Origin: Andalucia godoyi And28
Taxonomy: Eukaryota; Protista; Jakobida
Length of the DNA stretch: 64,000 nt
Reading direction: 5' to 3'
Assembly (NCBI GenBank): GCA_009859145.1
Contig: VRVR01000062.1
Location: 1-64,000 of the forward strand
A program made the position numbers and the translations under genes. Of this stretch, positions 29,081 through 40,385 are shown piece by piece (position 1 is the first letter of the stretch; the number at the start of each line of letters is the position of its first letter). Below the pieces are notes generated by a model. That model was given only the letters and a program-made list of their open reading frames with translations. It was not told the origin of the DNA and did not search any database.

Positions 29081-31447
29081 TTATGCGACATAGTGGTACA
29101 CGTTTGCATTCTGGCTGTCGCGCTCCAGATACTCGCGTTCAATGAGACTTTCGATCCTCTTCTTGAGATCGGACGCCTTCATCTCAAATCGCAGCTGTGA
29201 GAAGACCACTGCAACGAGATCCTTGTGCTCCAGTCGTTTCCGAGCCTTCATGACCCGCACAATGCACGCATCGATCTGGTACTGCCGATCCTCCATGACC
29301 TTCTCGTTGGTTCGCTCTTCTTCTTCTACGGCAGCCTCCTTTGCTTGAATCTGGTTGATCTTGATTCGCACAAGTCCGTTCATGAAATCTGCGTTCCACG
29401 TGAAGGCATCACTGTCGAGCACCTCGGGGCCCTTGGAAGACTTGGACATGACACGATACTTTGCCACGGACAGCGATTGAATGGTCAGCTTCAGTTCCTT
29501 GTCGTCGATTCCAGTCATCTCCGCAAACGAACGATACGGAATGGGATCATCCGATGCGTTGAGCACAAGCAACACAAGAGCTTGCTGCAGCGAAATCACG
29601 AGTTCCTTGACGCCCTTTGGGAAGAAGGCCTTGACATTGCACGTCGAGTATGTGTACTGCCACTTGAGCCGACGGTTGTCGCGATACTTGTCGCCGTAGA
29701 ACTTGGCAAACACTTCCATGTAGCGAGTCAGATCAGGGGGTAAAATGATGGAGGACGACCCCGATCCAGAAGACCCCGATCCCCCAGCCTTTTCGGCTTT
29801 TCCATCTCCGGAATCACGACCACCCGCGGAGCTCGGCCAGTAGCCGGCCGTGAGAACAGAAACGTTCAGGTCAAATCCCCGCAGTTCTCCATACACCTTG
29901 TGTTCTTTGAAGCTCTTCATGATATCCTTGCTCACCTCCATGTCCTTGAACATGCCTTCAATTCGGGTTGTATACGGTGCCCCGCACTCGGCCTTTAATT
30001 TTGAAATCATCATCTTCTCGGCGTCAATCGACGCCGACTTTCCAAGCAACAGCCTCTTTGCCAAGTCGTTCTTGTAGAAGGCCTCGAACACATCCTTTGA
30101 ATGCAAGCATCGGAATAAGACGAGAACACGGTCGCACAGTTGCTCCAATTCCGCCTCCGTCTGCTCCTTGTTCGCGCTCTTCAACTTTGAGTCTAAAAAC
30201 TTTGCCATGAGCTCTGCAGGCTTGTTTCTCCGCAGATTGACCACTGAATCGAGCGCCTCTTGCTGCGCATACGTGAACTGGCTGTCTGCCTGAAAAGACT
30301 TTTGAATAACCGACTCGCAATGGACTGTGAGGTCCAGCAGTTGCTGAATCATTGTTGCATCGCCCTCGAGATTCTGGACAACCGCAACGCCACACTTCTT
30401 AATGTATGATAGAAACTCCTTTTTCAACGCATCGAGGCCGCTGGATTGCTTCTTGAACAGTAGGTACAGCCTTGCTAGGTCGTCGAATCTGCTTTCTGTC
30501 ATCATCAGCTCGAACCCCTTGTCCAGCAGAACCTGAATGTGAGCTCCTACAAGCTCAAACTCAACAATGCGGACCAATTCTCTGCCGGTAGCATGATCCG
30601 CATACTTGTGTCCTCGAAGCGACTCTTGTGAGACCCTCTTTTCCACATGAACAAGGTACGCTGGGATTTCCGAGCCTCCGTGACGGCCCATCCACTGCGT
30701 GGATTCCGCAAGATAAAATGCCTTTGAAGACTTTAAGAAAAACGGAGCGAACTGCGCGCTGTAGATCCCTAGATCGAGAAACATACGCACGAGCATTTCC
30801 AGTGCCTGCGGATGCGACAGCGATTCGCCAGCTCGCTCGCCGTTCAGCATGTCCAGTGCGGCAGACACTGTGTACTCGGCCACTCTGTTGTCCGCCAGCA
30901 GCACAGCGTCTCGGAACTGCACAAGTCCGTAGTGCCATATACTCTTGAACTGCGTCTGGTGCTTCACATGGTCGATTTCCATTTCCATAAAGATGTTGCG
31001 CAGCGTCGATAGCTGCGACACATAGTCCGACCACGTCCGTGTCAACAAGTCCAGGTACGACGATGAAACTCCCAGCGTCTCTCTCGCAGCAGACGCTTCC
31101 GCTCCCGACGACGCTCCCGACGACGCTCCTTGGCTGGAGACAACAATAGCAGCAAACTGCGTATTGCCCGCGAGTGCCGATGCGACCTTCCGTGCATGCA
31201 CGTCGACCATTTGCTTGAATTCGGCGTCGAAAAGGCCAAACAAAGCCGAGGCGCGATGCTCAACACACATGTCCTTGACGCCCTGGTACAGCTCCTCCAT
31301 TGATATAAACGACGCTGCATGCGTCCGAATGCCCGTCATTGCATCTTTCAGCTTCGCCCATACCTGCGAAAAGTACTCTGCGTCCACTCGTGGCTTCTCT
31401 TTGAGCGGCTGGATCGTGATCTTACGAGGCCCGCTGCTCCTGATCAT
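29081..31447 (-). CDS. CUL4: Cullin-4
   Basis: 788 aa; KDVFEAFYKNDLAKRLL, KLKAECG...IEGMFKDM, neddylation motif IVRVMKARK; N-terminus RKITIQ..K is CUL4-like. Confidence 0.9.
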   Translation of the reverse strand: MIRSSGPRKITIQPLKEKPRVDAEYFSQVWAKLKDAMTGIRTHAASFISMEELYQGVKDMCVEHRASALFGLFDAEFKQMVDVHARKVASALAGNTQFAAIVVSSQGASSGASSGAEASAARETLGVSSSYLDLLTRTWSDYVSQLSTLRNIFMEMEIDHVKHQTQFKSIWHYGLVQFRDAVLLADNRVAEYTVSAALDMLNGERAGESLSHPQALEMLVRMFLDLGIYSAQFAPFFLKSSKAFYLAESTQWMGRHGGSEIPAYLVHVEKRVSQESLRGHKYADHATGRELVRIVEFELVGAHIQVLLDKGFELMMTESRFDDLARLYLLFKKQSSGLDALKKEFLSYIKKCGVAVVQNLEGDATMIQQLLDLTVHCESVIQKSFQADSQFTYAQQEALDSVVNLRRNKPAELMAKFLDSKLKSANKEQTEAELEQLCDRVLVLFRCLHSKDVFEAFYKNDLAKRLLLGKSASIDAEKMMISKLKAECGAPYTTRIEGMFKDMEVSKDIMKSFKEHKVYGELRGFDLNVSVLTAGYWPSSAGGRDSGDGKAEKAGGSGSSGSGSSSIILPPDLTRYMEVFAKFYGDKYRDNRRLKWQYTYSTCNVKAFFPKGVKELVISLQQALVLLVLNASDDPIPYRSFAEMTGIDDKELKLTIQSLSVAKYRVMSKSSKGPEVLDSDAFTWNADFMNGLVRIKINQIQAKEAAVEEEERTNEKVMEDRQYQIDACIVRVMKARKRLEHKDLVAVVFSQLRFEMKASDLKKRIESLIEREYLERDSQNANVYHYVA

Positions 31448-31964
31448 CTCGCGCTCTCCCTCCCCCTGTGGCCCCTCCTTGGATACAAAACCAGTTCAAT
31501 CCGTTACACAACACACGCGGAAATTTAAATAATTATTTAATTTACTATTTATTATTATAAGAAAAGAACGCAAAAGAAACAGGAAAGAATGTGGAATTCG
31601 GGAAATCAATTGAAAATTCGATATCGAAGAGATGGCACAGTAAGGACACTCGGGGAAAAAAAGGCACGCTATCGTCCTACTCGCCCCATTCTCACTCATC
31701 CTTCCCTATCTAACCCTCTCTGGTGTTTTCCTGCTGTAGTTTACTTTTTTTGACTGCCCCCACAAGCTCGGGGGTCCTTTTGTCCTTAAACAAACTGCCC
31801 GCTCAATGATAGCTTCGTCGAGAGACGAATTCCGACTGCAGCATTCCGCTCGTCTTATGTATTTTCCTTTTTCTTTTGTTTTCAGCTTTTCCTTCGTTTT
31901 GTTCTTTGGTATTTGCTTTGGAGTTGTTTTTCGATTTCGTTGTTGCTGTTGCTGTTGCTGTTGT

Positions 31965-32024
31965 TATTGGTATTGGTATTGGTATTGGTATTGGTATTGG
32001 TATTGGTATTGGTATTGGTATTGG
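31965..32024. repeat. (TATTGG)10 microsatellite
   Basis: Ten perfect units, about 50 bp upstream of the RRM gene ATG. Confidence 0.95.
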
Positions 32025-32071
32025 TTTATTGTTTTCTTTATTGGTGAGGCTGTGAACGAGTGCGAAACAAT

Positions 32072-33862
32072 ATGAGCGCGTCGGTCCCTTCTCGAACTAT
32101 ATACATTGGAAATCTGGATCCGCGGACAGACGAGGCAAGTCTGGCGTTGTTGTCGTCTCCTTTTGGACTGGTTCGGCACATCAAGCTTGTGCGTGATCGG
32201 CAGACGGGACTGAGTCTTGGGTATGGATTCGTCGAGTTCCAGTCGCATGATGCCGCCCGACTTGCGCTCGACTCGCTTTCTCGCTCTCAATCAGACCTCA
32301 AGCTTCGGTGGGCTAACACCCTCAATCCATCCATTCAATCGCAATCGCAGCCGCAATCGCAGCCGCAATCGCAATCGCAACACAGTTATCCTATGAACGG
32401 CACCGTAGGCACATCTTGGGCTGGCTCTGGTTCTGGGAGTGGGAATGGGAGCCTGATGGGCGCTCCAATGACTGCGCCATCGGCTGCTGGCTCGTACTCG
32501 ACGGCCACAAATCCGCATCCGCATTCTTCAAGCGTCGGAGCCTATCCGCCACAGCACATGCAATTTGCAAATGCCAACAATTATGGCGGCAGTCATCATC
32601 ATGCGAGCTATCGGAATGGATCGTCTCGGCCGAGCGTAGAACATGCTGTAGACGGCAGCAACGGCAGCGGTGGTGGTGTTGCGACGGACGGTGGCGCTGC
32701 GGATGCCGTGGGCTTTCAGGTATTTGTCGGTGATCTGCCGAATGAAATTGTGTCGAATGAGCTGTACAATTCGTTTGCAAAGTTTGGGAGAATTGTCGAA
32801 CATCGGATCATGCTGGAACCCGTTACCGGTCGTTCTCGAGGCTATGCATTCGTCACGTTTGCGACGCAGGAATCGGCTGCGAATGCGATTGCGGAAATGA
32901 AGGACGCAACGATTGGCGGACGGCGGATTAGAGTCAACTGGGCTGTGCAGAGAGCAAATCCGTTTACCGTCGATCCATCATTGAGCAAAGACCCAAGAGT
33001 AATGTCGGAATATGATAGCGTGCTGCGTGCGTCTTCGTTCCGCAATCATACTGTATACGTCGGGCTGGGTTTCGGAAACCCAAATTCCAGTGCGTCGGCT
33101 TTGGCTTCGGCTTCGGCTTCGGCTTCGGCTTCGGCTTTGGCTTCCCCTCCGACTTCACCCTCCGAAACACTACACTCCCTTGGCTCTGTTGAACCGCGGC
33201 AACAACAACACCAGCAACAGCAGTCGCCACCTGAAGGCGACGGTGCGAACGCGGACGAGAAAAAGGAGAACACCCATGCTGCGACAATAACTGAATCCAT
33301 GTTGCAAGATCTGTTTGGGCGCATTGGGCCAGTTCGAGATGTGCGACTGATGGCGGATCGTTCGTATGCATTCGTGCACATGACATCGCACGAGTACGCT
33401 GCGCTTGCCATTGTGCTTCTGAATGGCCACGAGATTGTTCCTGGACGGACGATCCGATGTTCATGGGGTCGTGAGAAGTTCAGTGGTCAGCAACAAGTGT
33501 CGCAAGGAGGCTACTCCCCGATGTTTCCCTTTTACCCCATCGTGATTCCTCATGGACACCTGCAGCCACAGCCTGTGCAAGTGCCCGGGCAAGGACAAGG
33601 GCACGGACAGGGACAGGGACAGGGACAACCGCAATCGCAATCACTGCAGGGACAGCCTTCCGCGCAGGGACAGGAGGTGCCGATGATGGGATGGGGCTAC
33701 TACACAGTTCCGCCATACGTCCCTCATCCTGCACACGTCGTATATGTCCCTTCGCAAAGTAGTCCGGGATCTGTGTCGTCGACGGGGTCTGCTCCAATGT
33801 TGAATCCCAACCCGCCGCCTGCACACCGCGCTGGCAATGCCGCGTCGGCAAGTTCCGCTTGA
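32072..33862 (+). CDS. Three-RRM RNA-binding protein, TIA-1/PUB1/NAM8-like
   Basis: IYIGNL / GYGFVEF; VFVGDL / GYAFVTF / IRVNWA; third RRM ending IRCSWG; Q/P-rich tail. Confidence 0.85.
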   Translation: MSASVPSRTIYIGNLDPRTDEASLALLSSPFGLVRHIKLVRDRQTGLSLGYGFVEFQSHDAARLALDSLSRSQSDLKLRWANTLNPSIQSQSQPQSQPQSQSQHSYPMNGTVGTSWAGSGSGSGNGSLMGAPMTAPSAAGSYSTATNPHPHSSSVGAYPPQHMQFANANNYGGSHHHASYRNGSSRPSVEHAVDGSNGSGGGVATDGGAADAVGFQVFVGDLPNEIVSNELYNSFAKFGRIVEHRIMLEPVTGRSRGYAFVTFATQESAANAIAEMKDATIGGRRIRVNWAVQRANPFTVDPSLSKDPRVMSEYDSVLRASSFRNHTVYVGLGFGNPNSSASALASASASASASALASPPTSPSETLHSLGSVEPRQQQHQQQQSPPEGDGANADEKKENTHAATITESMLQDLFGRIGPVRDVRLMADRSYAFVHMTSHEYAALAIVLLNGHEIVPGRTIRCSWGREKFSGQQQVSQGGYSPMFPFYPIVIPHGHLQPQPVQVPGQGQGHGQGQGQGQPQSQSLQGQPSAQGQEVPMMGWGYYTVPPYVPHPAHVVYVPSQSSPGSVSSTGSAPMLNPNPPPAHRAGNAASASSA

Positions 33863-34301
33863 TTGCGATGTGCAGCAATACAATTGGTATGAATAACGTC
33901 AGAGAAAATGCAAAAGGGAAAACACACATCGTCAAGAAAAAAAGGGATAATCGAACAAGATTCTAAAAAGAAGGTGTGAATGAGAACAAAAGGAGAATCA
34001 ACCCAAGCAGTGTCTCGGTGTCGATTCATCCTCCGATCCGCCGATTCACCGAAAGACATGGCAATTGCTCTCTGTTGCGGTAGCCGTGCGAGTCCTTGGT
34101 TCGGAGTCCGTTTTTTGCCTTGTTTTTCTTTTTCTTTTTTTCCCCCCACCACCCTTCTATAGGCGATAATATTGATTGTTTTTAGTGCGCTTATTCTTTC
34201 AATAGATGACGATGTAGCCAAATACACAAAATTTACAATTAAAGAGAGGAATTTACTGTGGCAAAGCCGTAAGCGGAGCCAATCTTCGGTTTGCACTCCT
34301 T

Positions 34302-37061
34302 TTAGAAACGCCCCAGGCTCCCGGGCTGTCTGCTGGGTGCGGCATGCGCGGCAGGGCTGACGTCACGACGCTCCTCCGGCGACGGTACAGCGCTGGGCAC
34401 TCGCGAGGTTGCAGTGTACATGGCACTTGATGACCAGTAGAACTCGTTGAAGTCCATTCGGAAAGCGAGGAATCGGAGCGACTCGTGGTTCTTCTGCGAA
34501 GTGATTAAACTGAAAAAGTCAAAGAACAAGTGGCGGAACTGCTGTTGCATATCCTCCAGAATCTGCACGATGACCGGGTGGATTTTGCGGCGGACAGCAG
34601 TTGATACGTGCAGTCCTTCTTCTGCGTTCCGGTGATTTTTCGTCAAGAACACATGCCGGGGGAAACCGGAGACGGAATCCGTTGCAGACAGTTCTTCCTT
34701 TTCGTCGTGTACAGAACTCTCGAACCTCGAAGCGGACAGAACAGTAGAGCCCCATTCTCCAGCATCCGTCTTCTTGACCATCTGTGCTTGCAAATCGTCT
34801 CGACGTTCGCACTCGTTCCGTGCTTCGTGATAGATCTTGTCAAACAGCTGCAGCGCCTTCAGAATAAACTTGACGAGCTCTCGCAGCTTTTCACGGACTC
34901 CCTTGGTGGACTCTCCCAGCAGGGAAGAACGCACAATGTCCTCAAGGAATCTCTGGTGGGCCTTGATCATGTCATCCAGATGATTCGCCTTTTCAAAATC
35001 ATCCATCATTTGGACCCACGAAGCTTCAAGAACCTCAAACATCAGATAATACTGAAGATTCGCAATGCAGTGCGACATTTCGTTTCGTAAAAGCTGGCAC
35101 GGTCTCATGAGCTTTTGTGCGATGTCCGAGTCACGATGAGACTGCATAGTGTGAAAGAGCGTCATGTGTCTCTTCCATTCGTGACACAAACCCGATTCGA
35201 CGCGTTTAAGTTTCCACAACAGAGAAAAGACGCGCAAGTAGCGGGTCATCACCGACCTTGAAAAGATGGTATCAAGCGGCGCCGACACCCGATAGTCCAG
35301 AGAAAACACATCCCAGCCTTCGTCTCCAGGTGCCTCTTCTGTCAGTCGCACATCGAGGTTCTCAAGAACAAACAAATCATCAAACTGTGCGTTCGATCCG
35401 CGAATCGCAGATTCCAGGACAGCAAGAACGTTGTGACGCATGACCTGCGATGCAGGTTTCGAGAGTTCGGGAGACAAGAGCTCCATCAAGTACTGGATAA
35501 AGTCTCCTTGGCCGAGCAACACATATCGTTTCAGTGCTGAGAGATGCTGCACCAAGTGGAACTTGTTTAACAGGAGAGTCTTGAGATGTACGCTCACGGC
35601 CTTTGAAATGTCTTCGACAAGGGCCGGAAGCGAAGCGTATGTCAAAATCTCGTGCACAAACAGAGAAGCGGGCACTGTGTAGGACCGATCGGAGCACGAG
35701 TCTCGAATAAAATGCAACGTCTTGCCGACGAGAAGAATATTCTTCGCAACTTGAATCGGCAACAACGACGGGACCAGGGATTCTTCCAGCATGTACCGAT
35801 CATTCCAAATGTTGGAGGTGCCAGTGTTTGCGGCGTGGATGTGAACGAAAAACTCTTTGAACGGGTCTTCAAGTTCTCCACGGAACATCCAAGCGTGAAT
35901 CATGGCGAACAGCGGTAGCGACGACTTGTCCAAAATCTGTTTGATCATGGATGCCACCTGCGGATCTCCATGCGCACTGTATTTGTGCAGCAGCGACAAG
36001 AGCGCCCCGCCCTTGACGTTAAACAATGTAGTCTGTTCCAATAGCACTGCAAGAATAGACAGCAGTTTTCTCGGGTCTTGCGCCCATAGCCACAGTTTCT
36101 TGAGAGAGAGCTGTTCCCGAGATGCCGAGGATTCGAGAATCGCGACCAACCGGAAGTATTCGGCAAGATGCGATTGGACGGACGCGTGGAAAGCCTGAAG
36201 CACCAGGCCCGATCCTCCTCCACCACTGCCTGCTCCGTGCGCATCCAGAAATGAACGAATGTGTGTGTACAACCATCCACATTCGGCAATGCACGACACA
36301 ATTTCTCGAAATCCGGGCGAGACAACCACCGATGGATCCACTGCATAATGCGACAGATGAGCCGACGATCCATATGAAAGTTTCACATACTGACCGTCGA
36401 TCCCCTGCAGCACAAACAAGCAGTCCTTGATCAACGACGACTCTGGAATCTGCATTGTCGACAACTGCTGCAGCAACGGCGAAGAATACGCTCGCAGCTG
36501 CGCATCCTTGTCCGACTTCGAAGCATCGGCTTGCAATGTCGCGGCATTAAGTGTATTTTCCTTGCCAACACTCGATTGCAAACTCGACTGCTGCTGTCGC
36601 GAGTGGACATTTGGAAGTAGCGTCGGTCCGATTGACACACTACTACTGCTGCTACTACTATTGCTGCTGCTGGAACTACTGCCCATCATCATGTGCTGTT
36701 GCTGCTGCCCACCGGAAAGCGAGTGCAGCAAATACAGAATCGCCCAGGGCTTTGAAACGACCCGCGACCGCGACTCGATGCGGGAAATGAGCTCCGACAC
36801 CCGAACTGCGTCTTGCATTTTCTGGTTTTTCATCAGTTTCTTATTGATTATCTGCGACACAGCCGCCGTATCGCCTGCAACAGACGGCGACAACCGACTT
36901 GACATGATCCGGAGCACATAAGGAAGCATCCTCTTCACAAACGCAGACTCGCCATGTTCCCCATGCTCGTCATTCTCTGCTGAATCACTGGTCTTTGCCT
37001 TGCCGTCAAACCGCCGCACCAGATCCTGCAGCAGCGAAGTCAGCCGTGCAGAATCCATCAT
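34302..37061 (-). CDS. GCP3: Gamma-tubulin complex component 3 (Spc98)
   Basis: 919 aa; LFVLQGIDG, LKRYVLLGQGDFIQYLM, GWDVFSLDYRVSAPL, YYLMFEVLEASW, FRMDFNEFY. Confidence 0.9.
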   Translation of the reverse strand: MMDSARLTSLLQDLVRRFDGKAKTSDSAENDEHGEHGESAFVKRMLPYVLRIMSSRLSPSVAGDTAAVSQIINKKLMKNQKMQDAVRVSELISRIESRSRVVSKPWAILYLLHSLSGGQQQQHMMMGSSSSSSNSSSSSSSVSIGPTLLPNVHSRQQQSSLQSSVGKENTLNAATLQADASKSDKDAQLRAYSSPLLQQLSTMQIPESSLIKDCLFVLQGIDGQYVKLSYGSSAHLSHYAVDPSVVVSPGFREIVSCIAECGWLYTHIRSFLDAHGAGSGGGGSGLVLQAFHASVQSHLAEYFRLVAILESSASREQLSLKKLWLWAQDPRKLLSILAVLLEQTTLFNVKGGALLSLLHKYSAHGDPQVASMIKQILDKSSLPLFAMIHAWMFRGELEDPFKEFFVHIHAANTGTSNIWNDRYMLEESLVPSLLPIQVAKNILLVGKTLHFIRDSCSDRSYTVPASLFVHEILTYASLPALVEDISKAVSVHLKTLLLNKFHLVQHLSALKRYVLLGQGDFIQYLMELLSPELSKPASQVMRHNVLAVLESAIRGSNAQFDDLFVLENLDVRLTEEAPGDEGWDVFSLDYRVSAPLDTIFSRSVMTRYLRVFSLLWKLKRVESGLCHEWKRHMTLFHTMQSHRDSDIAQKLMRPCQLLRNEMSHCIANLQYYLMFEVLEASWVQMMDDFEKANHLDDMIKAHQRFLEDIVRSSLLGESTKGVREKLRELVKFILKALQLFDKIYHEARNECERRDDLQAQMVKKTDAGEWGSTVLSASRFESSVHDEKEELSATDSVSGFPRHVFLTKNHRNAEEGLHVSTAVRRKIHPVIVQILEDMQQQFRHLFFDFFSLITSQKNHESLRFLAFRMDFNEFYWSSSAMYTATSRVPSAVPSPEERRDVSPAAHAAPSRQPGSLGRF

Positions 37062-37376
37062 TGCCCTCCCAAATCGAACCGTACCAAAAAAAAAATTGCC
37101 TTTTGATGTTGTTGTTGTTTTGTTTGTTTGTTTGTTTTTTTAAATACATGTGGAAGAAAGCGGAGGGGAAAGCAAAAAGAAAGAGAAGTGAATGAAAGAA
37201 AAAAGCAAAGCGGGAAACGGTCAGCAAGCAGACAGCAGCGTCAGTCGTCAAACAGAAGAAGGAAAAAATAGTCAGAGCTGGAGCTGCAGAGTCAGAGCGC
37301 GCGGCGGGACAACTACGATCAGTGGCATACGGCAGTTGAAATCGTTTCGTTTTTTCTGAACACAGCCGCTGGGATA

Positions 37377-38112
37377 GTGTTTGTCCTCTTCAGTTGCTTC
37401 GTCGTGGACTACAGCATCTTTGTATTCAGCAGCTTTGGTTATCAGATGCTGGTGAAAACGTCGTATCCGGTCAAAGAAGGTGCGACAGCCAGGGTCAACA
37501 TTGCTCGTCGTGACCGCTGGATAATAACTCGTCAAAGTCATGCACACGGAAGTAAACATAAACAGGCACGGTCGTTTTTTGGTTTCGCTTTTTAATTCAA
37601 ATGTGGGCGTGAGTGCGCTGGGAAGACGCGTTCGCCTGCCGCCGAGTCGCAGCGCACTGCCAAGAGGCGAACTTCCAAGACACGATCTCCAATCCCCAGC
37701 ACGCAGGGGTAGCCAACCCCAAGCAGAAGCCTCAGGGACCGTCTCTTGCAGAACTCGTGGTTTTCTGCTACGATGCACCAGGCGCAGTCGCAGTCGCAGT
37801 CGCAAAACCCCACCGTCTTCCTACCGCCTCTTCCTCTCGTATCCCCAGTTGCATCAATCGCTGCAACTGAGGACACGAAAGCGCCTGCTGCTAGGGCCGT
37901 CAGAATCAAAATGCACCCTTCTCAGGAACACCGTGTCACGCTGAGAAAGTGGCCCACGGATTGATCGAGATTGGAAACGGAGCGCGGAACATCTATCTGA
38001 AGAACGCCGTGAGGCGTGTTGGGGACCTATCCCCTTCCTGGCAACGCGATGCAAGATTGAATATGCATCTCTCTTCGTAGATATGCAGCATGTTCAGTGC
38101 ATAATGTAGGCG
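37377..38112. mobile_element. Dispersed repeat family, copy C (inverted, rearranged), flanked by a 10-bp direct repeat
   Basis: Reverse-complement matches to 765-990, 1047-1117 and 1257-1421; CGCTGGGATA at 37367-37376 and 38111-38120. Confidence 0.85.
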
Positions 38113-38219
38113 CTGGGATAAACGCACACGGAAAACCCGGAACGATGACAGCGGGCGGGAGAAGAGAGAAATCAATTCAAATGTATTTTTATTAAACAAC
38201 TTCAATATCTGTAGTGTTT

Positions 38220-39488
38220 TTAGAACGAGTCGAGAAAGGATCGAAGAGAGACGCGCTTCTTGGTTCCGTCGGCATTCTCGGCAAAGGATATTCTCCAGTT
38301 TCCTTGTTTGGATGGAACACGCTGGATCTGATGCAATCGGGAAACGGGCGGCATGTCTGCAACATCCACGGAGTCCTCGTCGACGACGGTCACCATTCGC
38401 TTGTTCTGACTCCTGTGATCTGATTTGGGATTGGAGGTCGCAGGCCCCAGAAGAGCAGCGGATCCAGATGTCAGCACAAAAGACGACGAGACCGGCAGAT
38501 CGAAGCCTACCTTGTCATTCGCAGGACGATCATCGTCTGGTGTTGCTGCTGATTCGTCGTGGACAAGCAGCTGAGACTCTGGTTGTGGTGCATTTCTCCG
38601 AAGCTGGCTGCTTCGTTTGGACTGCACCGCAGCCGGCAGATCCGGAATCATAATGTCAAGTAGATCAAGCGGATCAGAGATTTGCACCTCCCCGAAAGCT
38701 TCTCTGGGTCCTTCTGAGTCGTGCCGACGCACTGCCATGCCGACTGACTGGCCCGAGGAATGCGACGGCGCTTCGCTCCCGAAGCGCCTCCTTACGCGGT
38801 CGCGAACATCACTGAACATCAAGTCGTCCATGATGGCACTCGCACTCAGCTTCTCCTGTTCCGTACCGCAAGTCTTGTCCACTGCGCCATCGCTGCGCAC
38901 ACCAACCTCCTTTGCACTCGTTGTCAGCACTGCATCCGAGATCTCGACATCAGAGTCACCAGAATCAATGTGAAGCACGGTTCTTCGAGGTTCCAGTGTA
39001 GTTGGCTTTGGTGCTGTGGCTGCCGCTCTTTTCTTTGCTGGCGGTTGCCTGACGGGTGCGTCATCCGTCCAAATGTCATTTTCCGAGGATCCAAGGTCCA
39101 GGACTCGCTTCGAGGAACCACCGGAACCGCCCTGCGTCTCCGCAGCCGCAGAATGCCTGTGTGCCGATGTCGACTTGCCGTGAGACAGCGCTTGGGAAAC
39201 GGCATTCGCCGACGGCGTCGCCGGGATTGCTGACATGTCATGAACTGCCAGAGAAAGATCTGCATCTACGGTAGATGAACTCGTGCTCTTGGACACGGAC
39301 CGGGACTTCACAGGCTGCGGAGCCGGATTCTTGAGCATGGAAGGGAGTACCCGACTCCGTGTAGACTGACTCATCTTTCCCCGGCGAGCCGATTGCGAGT
39401 CTCTTACTTCCCAATCTTCAGATAAACCCGCTGGACCGAAATGAAACACTGCCGTCAGATGGACGCCCGCGGAAGAAGCCGCATGCAT
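38220..39488 (-). CDS. Uncharacterised low-complexity, probably disordered protein
   Basis: 422-aa ORF. The ATG is immediately preceded by CTGTAG, so upstream exons in 39490-40250 are possible but could not be resolved. Confidence 0.6.
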   Translation of the reverse strand: MHAASSAGVHLTAVFHFGPAGLSEDWEVRDSQSARRGKMSQSTRSRVLPSMLKNPAPQPVKSRSVSKSTSSSTVDADLSLAVHDMSAIPATPSANAVSQALSHGKSTSAHRHSAAAETQGGSGGSSKRVLDLGSSENDIWTDDAPVRQPPAKKRAAATAPKPTTLEPRRTVLHIDSGDSDVEISDAVLTTSAKEVGVRSDGAVDKTCGTEQEKLSASAIMDDLMFSDVRDRVRRRFGSEAPSHSSGQSVGMAVRRHDSEGPREAFGEVQISDPLDLLDIMIPDLPAAVQSKRSSQLRRNAPQPESQLLVHDESAATPDDDRPANDKVGFDLPVSSSFVLTSGSAALLGPATSNPKSDHRSQNKRMVTVVDEDSVDVADMPPVSRLHQIQRVPSKQGNWRISFAENADGTKKRVSLRSFLDSF

Positions 39489-40385
39489 CTACAGTAGGTG
39501 CAGACATGCAGACTACAGCGGAAACCTGGCGGGGCTTGATTGCCAACGACCCAAAAGAAGCCCACGAAGCAGACGACGTCCTCGAGAGGCGAGCGCGCGC
39601 TGGTGCCCAAAACAGGAGGAACTCGGGCTCGTGCAGTCAACAGCCATACAGACATGGCTATTTCCGTGCTTTCTCGGAATGCCATCAAGCTGGGTACAGC
39701 CAGGCAGAGGTCCTGCGGTCTGGTGGTCACTTGGTCTGGTGGTCAGCATCTCGAGCTCAGTGTCTGGTCGTTTCAGAGCCGATCGTCTGTGGCGATCACA
39801 GCGCTCCGAAAAGTATTTGCCTTTTCACTTGCCAGCTGCTTGCTGCTTTTCTGGAACTGCGGCTTGTTTTTACTTGCCATTTGAGCATGCGGAAGACGTC
39901 TCTTCAACGCCGTTACGGGAGCCTGATTCCTTATCATTTGGCTGCCCTCGTTGCAGGAATCATTTTTTGAAGGACAACCACGCCTGTTTGCAGGCAAAGA
40001 TCGGGGCAATGCAGCTGACATTGCTGTCAGATCAAGAAGCGGGTTTGCTCGGAGCATTGTTCTGCTTACACGCAGTGCACACATCCGTAACACCGATTGA
40101 GGTGGTGATTGCACCGCGGCGAGTTTTCTGCCTGCGATTTGTTGAGAGCGCCCAGCATCCACCTCAGCAGCCACCTCGGTAGAATCTCTGGCATGTTGGC
40201 AAGTGACCTCCCTCTTCCAAAGTTCCTGCTCAAGAGTCAAAACAGTGATACCAAGAAAAGCAACGAAGACTGGGGAAGAGCCGCCCTCCTTTTAAACCTT
40301 CGAAACAAACTTTGCTTCTTTCTTTTCCTGGAGTGTTAACAAGAGGAGATCAGCTCAGCAGCTGGAATAGACGCAGAGAAAGAAA

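Noticed and set aside
39490-40340. Upstream exons for the 38220-39488 gene
   Set aside because: Several open segments exist, but no phase-consistent splice chain could be established by eye.
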